Positions 1 to 11,319 are shown, numbered from the stretch's first letter. The stretch is DNA of 23,177 nt from Chiloscyllium plagiosum (GCF_004010195.1 NC_057719.1:39139506-39162682); one strand, 5' to 3'. Notes: generated by a model not told the origin, from the sequence alone. A program made the numbers and translations.

Positions 1-1064
1 TGTTATCCTTTGTACTTGTGCATTTCAGCCAAATATTTATCAATAATCTTTTAGTCTATGAAAATGTTTTTCTAATGTCTGCATTTCTCTAATTTACAGT
101 GAAAAACATCTTTTAGCTCTTCTTCATTTTCGTGGAATCTTGAGAGGGAAAAAGAAAAGCAATTTAATTAAGTATTTCAACCAACTGGTAAAAGAATCAG
201 AAGACTCCATAACACTAACCCACCCACTTTTTGAAGACATTAAATTTGACGGACAACTAAACTGCATGTCTTAATTAACCTGAGAGTTTAAACGTATTTT
301 GAACTGACCAAGCATCTTTGGGCACAATGTATTTAATATACATGCCTCCAATATATAGTGGCTATGTTGATTTAAAAGTTTCAGTTATTTACTTATTTTA
401 AAATCTGTGGGTCCACTGTCCACACTTCTCTTTGCTATTGGTCTTAAAACATTGATTACATTGACGTGATTTAATTTGCATTCAAACTGCCTCTATATGT
501 TAATAAGAGAGTCAGTTTTGTTGAAAGGTAGGATTTGAACATTTTGGTATCTTGATTCTATAGTAATGAATTCTGTCAGATAGCAAAGAAAGTTGAAAGC
601 CTCCGAACGAATTCCATACCCTTTGCCTGCTGGGGAAATAAACAAAATTCTGGTCATGCACCATTCTCTTTTATAAGGAATCATCGACCGTTTCTGTTCC
701 AATATTATTGAGTGCAACTACTAAGAGGAGTACGGGCTAGTCCAGAAATAGGGACATCTGTGGAAAAACAGAATCAGAGGAAGATCTTAAGCTTTAATTC
801 ACTTCAGGTCACTTAACTTAAGCAAAACTTCACCTTTGTTATTGAGACCACAAACCTTGATAATTGGTGATGTGAACTGATGGAAGTATGTTTGACCTTC
901 ATTTGAGATTACAGTCTTCTTTCATCCAACTTTAAATGGAAGCTGTTGCAGCAAAAATGAAATTTTGTCTGCAGTACATAATTGGGTTCCTTCGTTCACG
1001 TAATGGTAACTTTGATGTTAAAATAAGATGCAATTGAAAGAATAACATTTAGGTGCAGCACCAA

Positions 1065-1225
1065 GTAACATCATAAATTTTCTATAATTTGCTTAACACT
1101 GTTAAACAAAAGTCCTCTAGTGACTAAGTAAAACTTAATGCAGAAACAAAGGAAATATTCAGATGAATAATTTTGGTCAAAGAGATGGTTTAAGGGCCAG
1201 CAGTGAGGATGCGGAGAGTTATATC
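1065..1225 (-). mobile_element. Highly degenerate L2-type LINE 3' end relic
   Basis: AAGGAAATATTCAGATG...TTTGGTCAAAGAGATGGTTTAAGG resembles the segment at about 9995-10050 of the better-preserved L2 copy; boundaries approximate. Confidence 0.3.
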
Positions 1226-1290
1226 GGATGATTCTGATACGCTTGATCTATTTTACTAGTACTTTCGAGATATATTTCTTACTTTATGTC

Positions 1291-1687
1291 AGAGGCTGTG
1301 GGGTGACCTTAGAAGTTTACAAAATTTTGAAGGGCATGGATAGGATAAACAGACAAAGTCTTTTCCCTGGGGTGGGGAGTCCAGAACTAGAGAGCATAAG
1401 TTTAGGGTGAGAGGGGAAAGATAGAAGAGATCTAAGGGGCAACTTGTTCACACAGAGGGTGGTATGTGTATGGGATGAGCTGCCAGAGGAAGTGGTGGAG
1501 GCTGGTACAATTGCAACATTTAAAAGGCATTTCGATGGGTATATGAATAGGAAGGGTTTGAAAGTAAATGGGCCGGGTGCTGGTAGGTGAGACTAGATTG
1601 GGTTGGGATATCTGGTCAGCATGGATGGGTTGGACCGAAGGGTCTGTTTCCATGCTGTACGTCTCTGACTGTATTACTCTATGTCTA
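1291..1687 (+). mobile_element. CR1 LINE (HER1-like) 5'-truncated 3' end
   Basis: Frameshifted ORF2 C-terminus (GDL-EVYKILKGMDRINRQSLFP...FTQRVVCVWDELPEEVVEAGTIATFKRH), then 3' UTR GGACCGAAGGGTCTGTTTCCATGCTGTA and a short ACTCTATG-type tail. Confidence 0.9.
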
Positions 1688-1977
1688 ACAATCTCCGTTT
1701 TAAAATGTGAAATATCCAGCACGGTCAGGCTTCCAGACTTGCATCCTTTGTGTCAAGAAAAAAGCTTCCATCTTGTCTCAGTCTCACTTCACCTATTAGT
1801 CCATCTCAAATAGTAATTAGTCTGAAGCCAGCAGAATGATGAACCAAAAGCACTGACCGACAGCACAGTAGAAATCTGTTATTTAGGCATTAAAGAAAAT
1901 AGAAAGGTTTGTGAAGGTTTGTAGGTCAGGTTGAGGTTTAGGGTGTAGGTTTGCTCGCTGAGCTGTAGGTTTGATAT

Positions 1978-2017
1978 CCAGATGTTTCATTACCTGGCTA
2001 GGTAACATCATCAGTGG
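1978..2017 (-). ncRNA. Minimal type I hammerhead ribozyme motif in pLTR (mutated)
   Basis: Minus strand CCA-CUGAUGA-U-GUUACCU-AGCC-AGGUAAU-GAAAC-AUC-UGG: core boxes, stem I (CCA/UGG) and stem II present; GUC changed to AUC, consistent with CpG decay. Confidence 0.6.
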
Positions 2018-2116
2018 CAACCTCCAAGTGAAGCGAAGCTGTTGTCTCCTGCTTTCTATTTATATGTTTGTCCTGGATGGGGTTCCTGGGGTTTGTGGTG
2101 ATGTCATTTCCTGTTC

Positions 2117-2178
2117 AACATCGAGGGCCCAAGGGCCTGTACTGCGCTGTATTCTTCTATGTTCTATGTTCTATGTTC
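2117..2178 (+). mobile_element. About 60-bp CR1 3' tail inserted in the PLE
   Basis: AACATCGAGGGCCCAAGGGCCTGTACTGCGCTGTA followed by (TTCTATG)n; closely matches the CR1 tail at 14286-14330. Confidence 0.75.
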
Positions 2179-2643
2179 TTTGATGTATGGCAAGGTGGTT
2201 AGGGTTTCTGGCTATGTTAGGTCTGCTTGTTATGGTTTGTTCCTGAGGAATCTGCAGACTGTATTTTTTGAGTATCCATTCTTCTTGAATATGTTGTATA
2301 GGTGGTTCTCCTCTGTTTTCCGAAGTTCGTCTGTACTGCAGTGTGTGGTAGCTCGTTGGAATAATGTCCTTCATAGCCCTACACACGGATGAAAAAAACC
2401 ACCATTTTGACTGGGACAACACATCTATCCTGGGACAGGCTAAGCAAAGACAAGCCAGAGAATTCCTAGAGGCCTGGCATTCCAATCACAATGCCATAAA
2501 CAAATACACAGATCTAGATACCATCTATCAACCCCTCTGAAAACGAACTGGAAATGATATCACCACAAACCCCAGGAACCCCATCCAGGACAAACATATA
2601 AATAGAAAGCAGGAGACAACAGCTTCACTTCACTTGGAGGTCG

Positions 2644-2683
2644 CCACTGATGATGTTACCTAGCCAGGTAATGAAACACCTGG
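2644..2683 (+). ncRNA. Minimal type I hammerhead ribozyme motif in pLTR (probably inactive)
   Basis: CCA-CTGATGA-T-GTTACCT-AGCC-AGGTAAT-GAAAC-ACC-TGG; cleavage triplet mutated to ACC. Confidence 0.55.
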
Positions 2684-3304
2684 ATATCAAACTTACAGTT
2701 CAGCGAGCAAATCTACACCCTAGAAAATAGAAAGTTTATAATTATCGAAAATATTTTATTATGCAAAATACAGTTCACTAACCTCTTTAATGATAGGTAA
2801 CTATCGCTGCTAATGTATAGCCAGACAATCTTTTGGTTACAGATGGTATTGTGACAAACTTTTTTTGATCATGAAATCATGCTAGATTTACCGAGATATT
2901 GAATACTGAATCAATTGATGGGAATGGGTGATGATGCTAAAACTAAGAGAAATACCCAGTCTATCCAGGAATCCAAAAACATAATTGTTGTCTTGCATGA
3001 CATATATTTAGACAATTGTGACCAGATGGAGTAATTTTTGGAAATTTCTGAACATCAATTGCATGGCTAAAGTCATGAATTTGTCATGAACCCATACTTT
3101 CCCACTTGAAGACATAGTCCAAGGGTTCCGTCTTGAGTTGACTCAGTCAACTGAAGCTAACTTTTTAAAGCAACATCTAAGTTTGCCAAGTGTGCAATTG
3201 TTGCAATAGTATTTACAATAAATGCATCTATGAAAATCTTCACAAAGGTTACAAATGCTTTTACACAAGGAGAATTTCATTTACAGATCAGAAAGTGTAT
3301 TTGT

Positions 3305-3456
3305 AATGAAAACAACTGTGCTGGAAATAATCAGGCTGATCATCAATGTGAAGGCAATAAGCATAATTCTTAACAGATGTTGCCTAACATCGTCAACATT
3401 CCCATCAGTTCATCTTTTTAATAAGAAAATTTCCAGCATCTGCAGTGTTTATTTTT
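3305..3456. mobile_element. Degenerate fold-back relic related to PLE pLTRs
   Basis: GTGCTGGAAATAATCAGGCTG on the left; ACAGATGTTGCCTAAC...TTTCCAGCATCTGCAGT on the right, which is the reverse complement of ACTGCAGATGCTGGA seen at 21572. Confidence 0.4.
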
Positions 3457-3833
3457 CCAAATACAGTACTTCTGACATGCTATAGAACAGAAAAGTTTCA
3501 CTTGAAAGATGTGCAATGTAGGATTTGGGACTGTTTCCTTAATTGATTAGTTCTGCTTTTTTGAGTTGAACTTTCACCAAACTGCAGTTTTTTTTTTAAT
3601 GTGTTCCTTTTTTCCTAAAAGAGCTTATTGTGCTGAATGCATTCTTTATCACAACATCAAAATGGTGTGTTTTTCTTTCATAATTGGTTAATATGTGACT
3701 ATTTTTTAATCAAGAAAAATGTTTGCAAGATCACAGTGATGAAGGGTTGGTTACACAAAAATTCTCAGTGTAATCCTACTTGTTTATGTTCAGTTTAATG
3801 AAATCTCTGGTATGTTTGAAACTGACGAGTTGG

Positions 3834-5180
3834 TTTCAAGAGTCCAGGGGAAGGGTTGAATGTAGTAACCGTCACTACGGAGAAGCTGCTAGGAAAGCTG
3901 AAAGATCTGAAGGTGGATAAGTCACCCTGAACACATGGACTACATCCCAGAGTTATGAAGGAGATAGCTGAGGAGATTGTGGAAATCAGAAATCACTGGA
4001 CTCAGGGAGGTACTCCAGAGGACTGGAAAATAGCTAATGGAAGGAAGTAGAAAACGTGAAATTTATAGGCTGACCTCTATCATTGGCTAGGGTGATTAGA
4101 GTCCATTATTAAGGATGAGATTGTGAAGTACTTGGAAAGACATTAGAAAATAGGACTGAGTCAGAACATTGTCATCAATGGGAAGGTCATTAGAATTCTT
4201 TGAGGAGGTTTTGAGCAAATTAAACAAAGAAGAGCCAGTGGACATGATCTCTTTGGATTTCCAGAAGATCTCTGACAAGGTGTCACACAGGAGGCTGCTA
4301 AATAAGAGCCCATGGTCTTAGGGGAAAGAGGATTGGCTGACTGGCAGAAGGCAGAGAGTGGGGTGAAAGGGGTCTTTTTCAGAATGGCAGCTGGTGACTA
4401 GTGGAGTTGCACAGGGGTCAGTTTTGGGACCGCAACTATTCACGTAAAACAGAAACAATCTAGATGAAGAAACAGAGAGCATTGTTGCAAAATTTGTAGA
4501 TGTCAGAAAGATAGGTGGAGGACAGGTAGTGTGGAGGAAATGGGGAGGCTGCAGAAGGACTTGGACAGATCAATTACAATTTTAGCATTCATTTCAAACA
4601 GGCTAAATACAAGAGCAGGGATATACTTCTGAGATTGTATAAGGCTCTGGTCAGACCATGTTTAGAATATTGAGTGTAGATTTGGGTCTGTTTCTAAGGA
4701 AGGATGTGCTAGCCTTGGAAGTGTCCAGAGGAAGTTCACAGGAATATGAGGCGATGTCAAACACTCTGCATCTGTACTTGATGAAGTTTAGAGGGATGAG
4801 GGAGGATTTCATTGAAACTTACAGAATATGAGAGATCTGAATAGAGTGGATGTGGTGGAGATGTTTCCATTTGTAGGAGAGACTAAGACCCAAGGGCACA
4901 GCCACAGAAGGAATGATCCTTAGAGCAGAGAAATAATTTCTTCAGCCAGACAGTGATGAATCTGTGGAACTCATTGCCACAGAAGATTGTAGAAGCCAAC
5001 TCATTGAGTGTGTTTAAGAGAGGGATAGACAAGTTCTTAATTAGGAAAGGGGATAAAAAGTTATGGAGAGAAGGACAAAGGACAACCTGTTGGACTGTAA
5101 CCTGGTGTTATGTGATTTTTAACTTTGTCCATCCCAGTCCAACACTGGCTCCTCCACATCATGAGGAGAAGGGGTTGAGG
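3834..5180 (+). mobile_element. Decayed CR1 LINE ORF2 (RT to 3' end) with internal deletions
   Basis: EKLLGKLKDLKVDKSP*THGLHPRVMKEIAEEIV, PEDWKIAN, LDFQKISDKVSHRRLLNK, VTSGVAQGSVLGPQLF, LQKDLDR, LYKALVRP, NLWNSLPQKIVEANSLSVFKRGIDKFL; many frameshifts. Confidence 0.9.
5080..5162 (+). mobile_element. Short repeat fragment (probably a PLE-type terminal sequence) inserted in the CR1 3' end
   Basis: Interrupts the CR1 tail (GGAGAGAAGG...GAGAAGGGGTTGAGG); contains inverted 10-mers TGTTGGACTG (5088-5097) and CAGTCCAACA (5135-5144); family assignment from recall only. Confidence 0.45.
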
Positions 5181-6860
5181 TCTATAGGACTTCCATTATC
5201 CAATTTGCTTGTTATGTGTCCAAAGAACTCAAGCATAATAGTCAAACACTATTTATCATACTTAAAATTATGATGACTCTGGACACAACCTTGTGATTTG
5301 ACTTTCCAAGTGTCCCATTACTACTTTCCTTATAATGAATTACAATTTCTTAATAATGGATGTTAAACTAACTGATCTACAGTTTCTTACTTTCTGCCTG
5401 CCCCCATTTTGAAATGAGAACATTGCATTAACAGGTTTCCAATCCACTGGAAATTTCCTAAAATCCTGGAAATTTGGAAAGTTGGAACCAAGTATCCACT
5501 ATCTCTGATGTAATTTCCTTTTATAGCTTAAGACGTAAGCTATCAGGCTCTGGGGACATGTCTGCCTTTACTCCCAATAATTTGCTCAGCACTTTTTACA
5601 TAGTATGGCTATTGTTTTAAGTTCTTTTTCTTTAGTCACTGCATTACCTGTTAATATTGGGTTGATTTTAGTATCCCCACCATGAAAACGGAAGCAAACT
5701 TTTGATTTTGTATCGGTCCCATATCTGTGTTCCCATTAACTCTCCAATCTCATCTTTTTAAGAGACCAACATTCACTTTAGCTACGGTCTTCGATTTTGT
5801 ATACTTACAGACAGTCTTCCCTCTAATTTTCATTTTAGTTGTGTGGGCCTCTGATGCCTGTAGATGAAATCAGAAGTCACTGCCACATTTGGTGTGCTGA
5901 TGCTGATTGCTACACACAACCTCAGAGTGGCTGTGCACAAGCATAATTGCACAGCTTCTGCTTTTTGTTTTTTATATTGTGCACTAGTTTCCTTTTATAA
6001 TTCACCTTCATTCTTTTTATAACTTATTTAAATTACCCCTTATTGATCTTTAAAAGGTTCCCTGTCCTCCAGCCTGCCATTGACATTTGCAATACAATAT
6101 GTCTTAGTGTTACCATAAAGGCAAAAACTAACTTCCTTGCTTAATTGTGAAATCTCACTTCCACCCATCACATGCATGCACACACGCGCACACATGTCCT
6201 TCCTCTCCTGAATATCTCCTTAAATGACTGCTACTGTTCATGTCTAAACCTGTTCTCGTGCCTATGTACAGCAAACTTTGTTTTAACCAGCACTCTTGAT
6301 AAACCAACAAAAATTATATACCTCAAACATAATCTGCCACAAAAGTATTTATGCTGTAAATAAAGTACAACATTATGCTTCTATTAATTACTCTGTATTT
6401 TAACATTGTTTTTAGGAGGTGTGTTGATGCCTCAAAGCTTCACTTGGTCAGAGTTTATTGCAGCTATGCTTACCTTTTTGATTATCCAGAATATTTGATC
6501 AACTGGCACACTCATGGTCCCATAAGTGCTGGTTAATAAAATGTTGCTATAATTGCCTTTGTTTAACACCAGAACATTAGTGTGGAAACTGGTATCTCAT
6601 GTTCAAACTTAATTTGAAATTCAAGTTTGCAATGATCATTCTTCCCAAGACAATCCTTTACTCTGAGATCATTAATTAATCCCATCTCGTTATACAATAC
6701 TAAATCTGGTTGGCTTTCCAATATATTGCTCCAAACAACAATCTCTAGTACAGTCTGGAAAGGGTAACCTTGCAGAAGAATTCACAATATGATTAATCCA
6801 TTTTTTGTGCATATTAAAATGATTAATAATCATGTGTACGTGATTATTGTTGTACCTTGT
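5181..6860 (-). mobile_element. Old CR1 LINE ORF2 (endonuclease to RT N-terminus), interrupted
   Basis: Minus-strand remnants LLGVKADMSPEPDSL, FPVDWKPVN and GGRQKVRNCRSVSLTSII; endonuclease-region remnant LDLVLYNEMGLINDLRVKDCLGKNDHCKLEF at about 6620-6710; unrelated sequence at about 5810-5950 and 6150-6410. Confidence 0.72.
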
Positions 6861-8403
6861 AAGTGAGAGTTAAGTATTCAATTTAACTTTTCAATCTTTC
6901 AATCGTAGAGGGTAAACAAAGACAAAGATATTAATAAAAAATATTTGAAGTATTTTATGTTTAATTGTTGTCTCCAACATGTACGTGATAACATAACCCA
7001 ATATACTACAATAAAACTCCCTTAACATCTGAACTGGATTTTCATTTGAAAGATGTTGGGCTAAATTCAGTAAATAGTGAAGCAGATTATTTTCATTATC
7101 AGGGCCAGCTCATTTTCACTTCCAATCCATTACTTACATTTGATAAAATGTATAATTAAAGTTAACTCCATCTCTATTTCAGAAAGCAAGTTTAATTGAG
7201 ATGGAGAAATGTTTCATGTAATATTTGTAAAACTTTATTGCATATACAGTGAGGATCATACATTATCATTACATGTATTTTTATGGAGAAGGCAGATGGA
7301 AATGTTGAAATATTTATTTCACAACGAGTGAGCAAGCAAAGTGAGTGTTGTGAATGTAGACATATAAACTTTACTAGTAAAGCCTTCATTAAGAATTTAA
7401 GCTGCTATACTCACCCACGTTAGTGGATCATTTTGCTTGATTTGACAGTTGCTGGTTGCATTTGCCTTAGAATCATAAAATTATCCAGTGGAGTAATGAA
7501 TCATTTGACCAGTGGTGTCTCATCCAGCTCTTGGTGTGAGCTACAAATTCTTCTAAAACAGAGAAGCTAAACCTGGAAAATACTAGACAGGTGATTCAAG
7601 ATATACTGTTGTAACATTGTGTTTTTTCTCCGAATTCTATATCTGCCCTACCATCATTTTGGGTATGTGTATATGCAGAATTGATGCATAGTACGTAACA
7701 TTTTCCATTAAATTAAAATTAAATAATACCACTGTCAGAATCTTCACTCTTTCAGTACAAGGCTGGGTTTAATAAAAAAAAACAATTTTCTGTGCGCTTC
7801 TCTTAATGGACTTGTAAATATATTAAGATAACTTATCTACATTATGAAAAATTTGCTGTATAGTCCTTTGAAGCATGATACGTTTTATTGACTATTCAGA
7901 GCAGTTCTACAAAAAAAACCCTCATTTTTCTCCTTCCCCTTCCTCGTTTAGTCTTTCTTCTGAAACAAGGATTGTTCTTTTTAATTAAGTGTTTTATCAA
8001 ATTTCTCATAAGCTTTGTGCTGTCATTTTTAAGACCACAAGCTGCCTTGTGCAATCAATAGCAGATTGTTAATGTTTAAATTATAAACAGAGTTGGAACA
8101 TGTGAAAGTTAATGATAACATTTTTTCTTCTCTTGCACATAAGTAAAATCTCCCTTTTTGTTTTTAGAACTTTCAAAATCCTTTGATTATAAACAAAATT
8201 TCACAACTATTCCTATTTTTTTCCAAGTAATTTTGAGGAAACAATGTAAGAATGATAGTTAGAAGCAGAAGAGAAATGATTAGCAAATGACTAAATTCTG
8301 TTGGTGCCATCTGAGTTTCGACCCCAAATGTTATTATTAAAGAACAATTCTGTTTGCATCACTTGAGGGGTTACAAAATCAAATAGCACTTCTGGTTTCT
8401 CCT

Positions 8404-8500
8404 ATATCATAAAGTTGTACAGCACAGAAATAGACACTTCAGTCCAACTTATTCAGGCTGACCAGATATCCTAAATGAATTTGCCAGCATCCCTCTAAAA
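8404..8500 (-). mobile_element. CR1 3' tail fragment
   Basis: TGTACAGCACAGAAATAGACACTTCAGTCCAAC...GCTGACCAGATATCC is a diverged reverse complement of 1606-1660. Confidence 0.6.
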
Positions 8501-9319
8501 GCTTACTCTTTATAACTCTTGCTTTTCACTTAATATTTTGCTTGTGAATTACTTTATAATCAGCAGATGGTACACCATTATAAATATGCACTCTTCTTAC
8601 TGCAATGACTGAAAGAACATAATTGCTTGTTGTTCTTGTGCATTTTTTTAAGAATATCAGAATGTTTTCCTCTATTAGTTGGTTGCTTTACTGCACAATC
8701 TTGCCAAATGGACAAATATGAATGGAATGTGTCAATAGTTCTACTGATCAACTATAAATATGCTAACTGATTGTATTATTTTCATCTTAAAGCTAAGCTA
8801 ATCTTGAAATTCCTCAGCCTCTCACCACTTTATGGCTCAATGCACCTCAGCGTGAAAACATTATAAAGTTTTTATTGTGTCCGAAATATTACTTGAGAAG
8901 ATCTGATGCTAAATTTTCTGCGAGCCATGCTGCTGGATCCCTAGTCTTCCTCTAACATTTCTGGGATTCCCAACAGAGGTGATGGGCATGTATGTGAAAG
9001 TGACAAAAATGTATCATCTAATGTATTTTTCAGAACTTGTAGCTTACCAATAGCCTGACCTCACAGGAGGGCATTCTAAAAGTGAAATGATGAGAAAACC
9101 AGCAATTGAAAGTTTATTAATCATACTGGCTGTAATACATTCATTTTTTTTTAAATCCAAGTTTGTCAGCCACCTGGAACCGATGCCACTGATCTCTGAA
9201 GCTGACAGCATTAGCATGCCATTTCTGAGTTTCCCATCAATAGCGAAGATGATAGCACACATTTGTCAATGACATGTTTCCTATTTAAAGGTACCCCAGA
9301 ATAGATCAGAATAAGTGCA

Positions 9320-9800
9320 AAATGGAAGGAGAAGAATTCCTTGCAGATCAGTTGAACAAGAAAGCAAATTCAATTTTGAGAAGATGAAAATAATCTATAA
9401 CAAAGGCTGGAAGTTGCGGAGGCTGTGAGCAGCAGAAACGTCTTGCCTCGTACCTGGACAGAGTATGAAAGGTTTCATGACAGCATTGTGTCAAGCATTG
9501 TGAATGACATTCCAATATCAAATGCCAACTAACATTCTTCGAATTTGCCATCATTATCCTACAAAACACCCCTTTGACCAACACAACTTTTACTTAGCTA
9601 AACAAATCTCCATCTCAACAATCAACTCTGCAGCTTTGCACCCATTCCTTACAATTGCATTTCACTTAAGTTGCCATTCCAGCCTCTCCACTTCACACTT
9701 GCAGAACTCTGCATGCAAGAAAAGCCTGCTTACAACTCAAAAGAGAGGCTGAACACCAAGGGTAACCCTGCATCCATGGTCATCCTGACAGCTAATAGAA
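9320..9800 (+). mobile_element. Harbinger/PIF-type Myb/SANT (NAIF1/MSANTD-like) gene relic in two exon-like blocks
   Basis: 9401-9481 reads QRLEVAEAVSSRNVLPRTWTEYERFHD (compare W.EVA..VS......RTW.QC.KRF.DL). After a C-rich intron-like spacer, 9716-9800 reads QEKPAYNSKERLNTKGNPASMVILT (compare EK.AHN.RER..TGGG.P....LT). Splice sites appear decayed. Confidence 0.55.
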
Positions 9801-9899
9801 TGCTGTGTTGTGGTAATACAGGTACCATACCACCAGTGGAGGCAATGAAGAGAGCAAAGTCTTGCAAAAGGCTGGTGACAGATTTTGATGTGCCAAATA

Positions 9900-10445
9900 C
9901 AACATCTTGTATTTAAATAGTCTCTTTAATGTAATGAAATGATCCCAGGTGCTTCACTGAGGCATTATAAAACAAAAATGTGACAACAAGCAATATGAAA
10001 TGGTATTAGAGCAGATGATCAAAGTGATTACATATAGGTTTTAAAGAGCGTCTCAGAGGTGGAAAATAAAATAGATCTAAATATATAGTGAGAAACTCCA
10101 GCGTTTAAGCACCGATGATAGTTATTAAAATCTTCAATGCTCAAGATGTTCAGGAATTAGATGAGTTCAGATGCCATGTAACATTGGGAAGCTTGAAATT
10201 AGAATGGCCTCAAGCTTGTAGAAACCAGCTGTGGGAGGCTGGACAGGAATGCATTGGAATAGTCAGATCTGAATGTAACGTAGGCACGTATTGCAGTTTC
10301 AGCAACAGAAGGGTTGAGGCAGGAATGGAGTCAAACAATTTAAAGAGGTAGAAATCTGCAGTCTTAGTGATGATACAGATATCAAACTGAAAGTTAATCT
10401 CAGGATCAAATATGACACCAAGGTTGCAAATAATCTGGTCCAACC
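9900..10445 (-). mobile_element. L2 LINE 3' fragment
   Basis: Minus ORF 10210-10443 contains NLGVIFDPEINF...ITKTADFYL (L2 RT C-terminal motif NLGVIFD..LSF...I...K.A.FHL); L2-like 3' UTR ends near ATTTAAATACAAGATGTTGT. Confidence 0.8.
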
Positions 10446-10477
10446 AGGTTATTTGCCAGGGAGGAGGATGATGAAAT

Positions 10478-10570
10478 GATGTGAGTAACTGCCCTTGACA
10501 TCAAAGCAGCATTTGACTGAGTATGATATCAGGAGCCTTGGAAAAATCTGGTGTCAGTGAGAATCACAAG
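10478..10570 (+). mobile_element. Non-LTR RT fragment (CR1/L2/Jockey group)
   Basis: VTALDIKAAFD*V*YQ, the RT motif LDIxxAFDxVWH. Confidence 0.6.
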
Positions 10571-10693
10571 AGTAACTAAAGATGGAGGACAATGTCATAT
10601 TAGGCTAAGGAGAGACTTGGGAGCATGAGAATTCCTTGCCTTAAGTGAATTGACACAGATCATTGTTATATCAAAATTTCACTGTAGTTTCAT

Positions 10694-10785
10694 GTCAGAA
10701 TGGTTTGCATCTTGGAGGGGAACTTGCAGATGTGATATTCCATTGGATCTGCTGACTTTGTCCTTGTCATTGTTAGAGATTTCAT
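10694..10785 (-). mobile_element. LINE C-terminal fragment, probably the same family as 11120-11319
   Basis: TCAGAATGGTTTGCATCTTGGAGGGGAACTTGCAG recognised as a common shark LINE 3'-region segment; from recall only. Confidence 0.4.
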
Positions 10786-10848
10786 AGAAACATTTAAGGG
10801 TAGAGGACAATGGTGGATTAGCCATCTAAATAGCCTGTTGTGTGCTGG

Positions 10849-10961
10849 AATGTGCAGGCAATATGGATTGGCCATGGGAAATGTATAATTAGAGGGTTAG
10901 GTCTGAGTGGGATACTCTTCAGAGGGCCATTGCTTCCACACTGTAGGGATTCTATGATTCT
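10849..10961 (+). mobile_element. HE1/V-SINE 3' fragment
   Basis: ATGTGCAGG...GGATTGGCCATGG...ACTCTTCAGAGGG...TTCCACACTGTAGGGATTCTATGATTCT matches 12680-12829 and 20240-20387. Confidence 0.75.
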
Positions 10962-11119
10962 TACTCTCCACTACCAGCTCAACTCCCTTTTAGTCATTAT
11001 TTCCCCATCAGCTCAATTTTCTTTATTTACTCCTGCAAAGCATTAGATATCTGTCATTCAGTTATAATAGTTTCATTTTTTTTGGACCCCCAACTACCAT
11101 GTTACAATGGAATTTCACT

Positions 11120-11319
11120 ATCATCATTCCTGCACCATTGTGGGGCCAAACTTCTGGCATTCCCCTCTTAAATAGCACTATGGACGTATCTACACTACAT
11201 GGATTGCAGTGGTTCAAGAAAGCAGCTCATCATGATCTTCCAAAAGGTAATTAGAGTTTAGTAATTAGGCCTAGTAGGTGAGACCTACATCCTGTGAGTG
11301 AATAAACATTAAAAAAAAA
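11120..11319 (+). mobile_element. LINE/SINE 3' end with A-rich tail
   Basis: ACATGGATTGCAGTGGTTCAAGAAAGCAGCTCA (LQWFKKAAH, a typical LINE C-terminal FK motif) ...GAATAAACATT followed by an A run. Confidence 0.6.

Larger units (their letters stand above)
1907..2721. mobile_element. Penelope-like element (PLE) insertion with inverted pLTRs
   Basis: 178-bp inverted arms at 1939-2116 and 2545-2722; 13-bp TSD AGAAAATAGAAAG at 1894-1906 and 2722-2734. Minus strand about 2370-2179 reads RTLFQRATTHCSTDELRKTEENHLYNIFKKNGYSKNTV...TLPYIKE (PLE RT C-terminus). Plus strand about 2373-2537 reads IALHTDEKNHHFDWDNTSILGQAKQRQAREFLEAWHSNHNAIN (GIY-YIG endonuclease C-terminus). Confidence 0.9.

Noticed and set aside
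73..165. Minus-strand acceptor-like tract (TTTTCTTTTTCCCTCTCAAG) followed by FHENEEELKDVFHCKLEKCRH*
   Set aside because: Short, no recognisable protein and no supported upstream exon; could be chance or a lncRNA exon
493..780. 74-aa minus ORF and a good acceptor (TTCTGTTTTTCCACAG, exon would start at 757)
   Set aside because: All three frames hit stops soon after the acceptor, the ORF starts at TTG, and I recognise no homology
7168..7206. CTCCATCTC...GAGATGGAG hairpin
   Set aside because: Only a 9-bp stem; too short and irregular for a pre-miRNA
7410..7480. Possible 51-nt minus-strand exon (ANATSNCQIKQNDPLTW) with GTGAGT donor
   Set aside because: The acceptor is weak and overlaps an old LINE-tail-like sequence; no neighbouring exons identified
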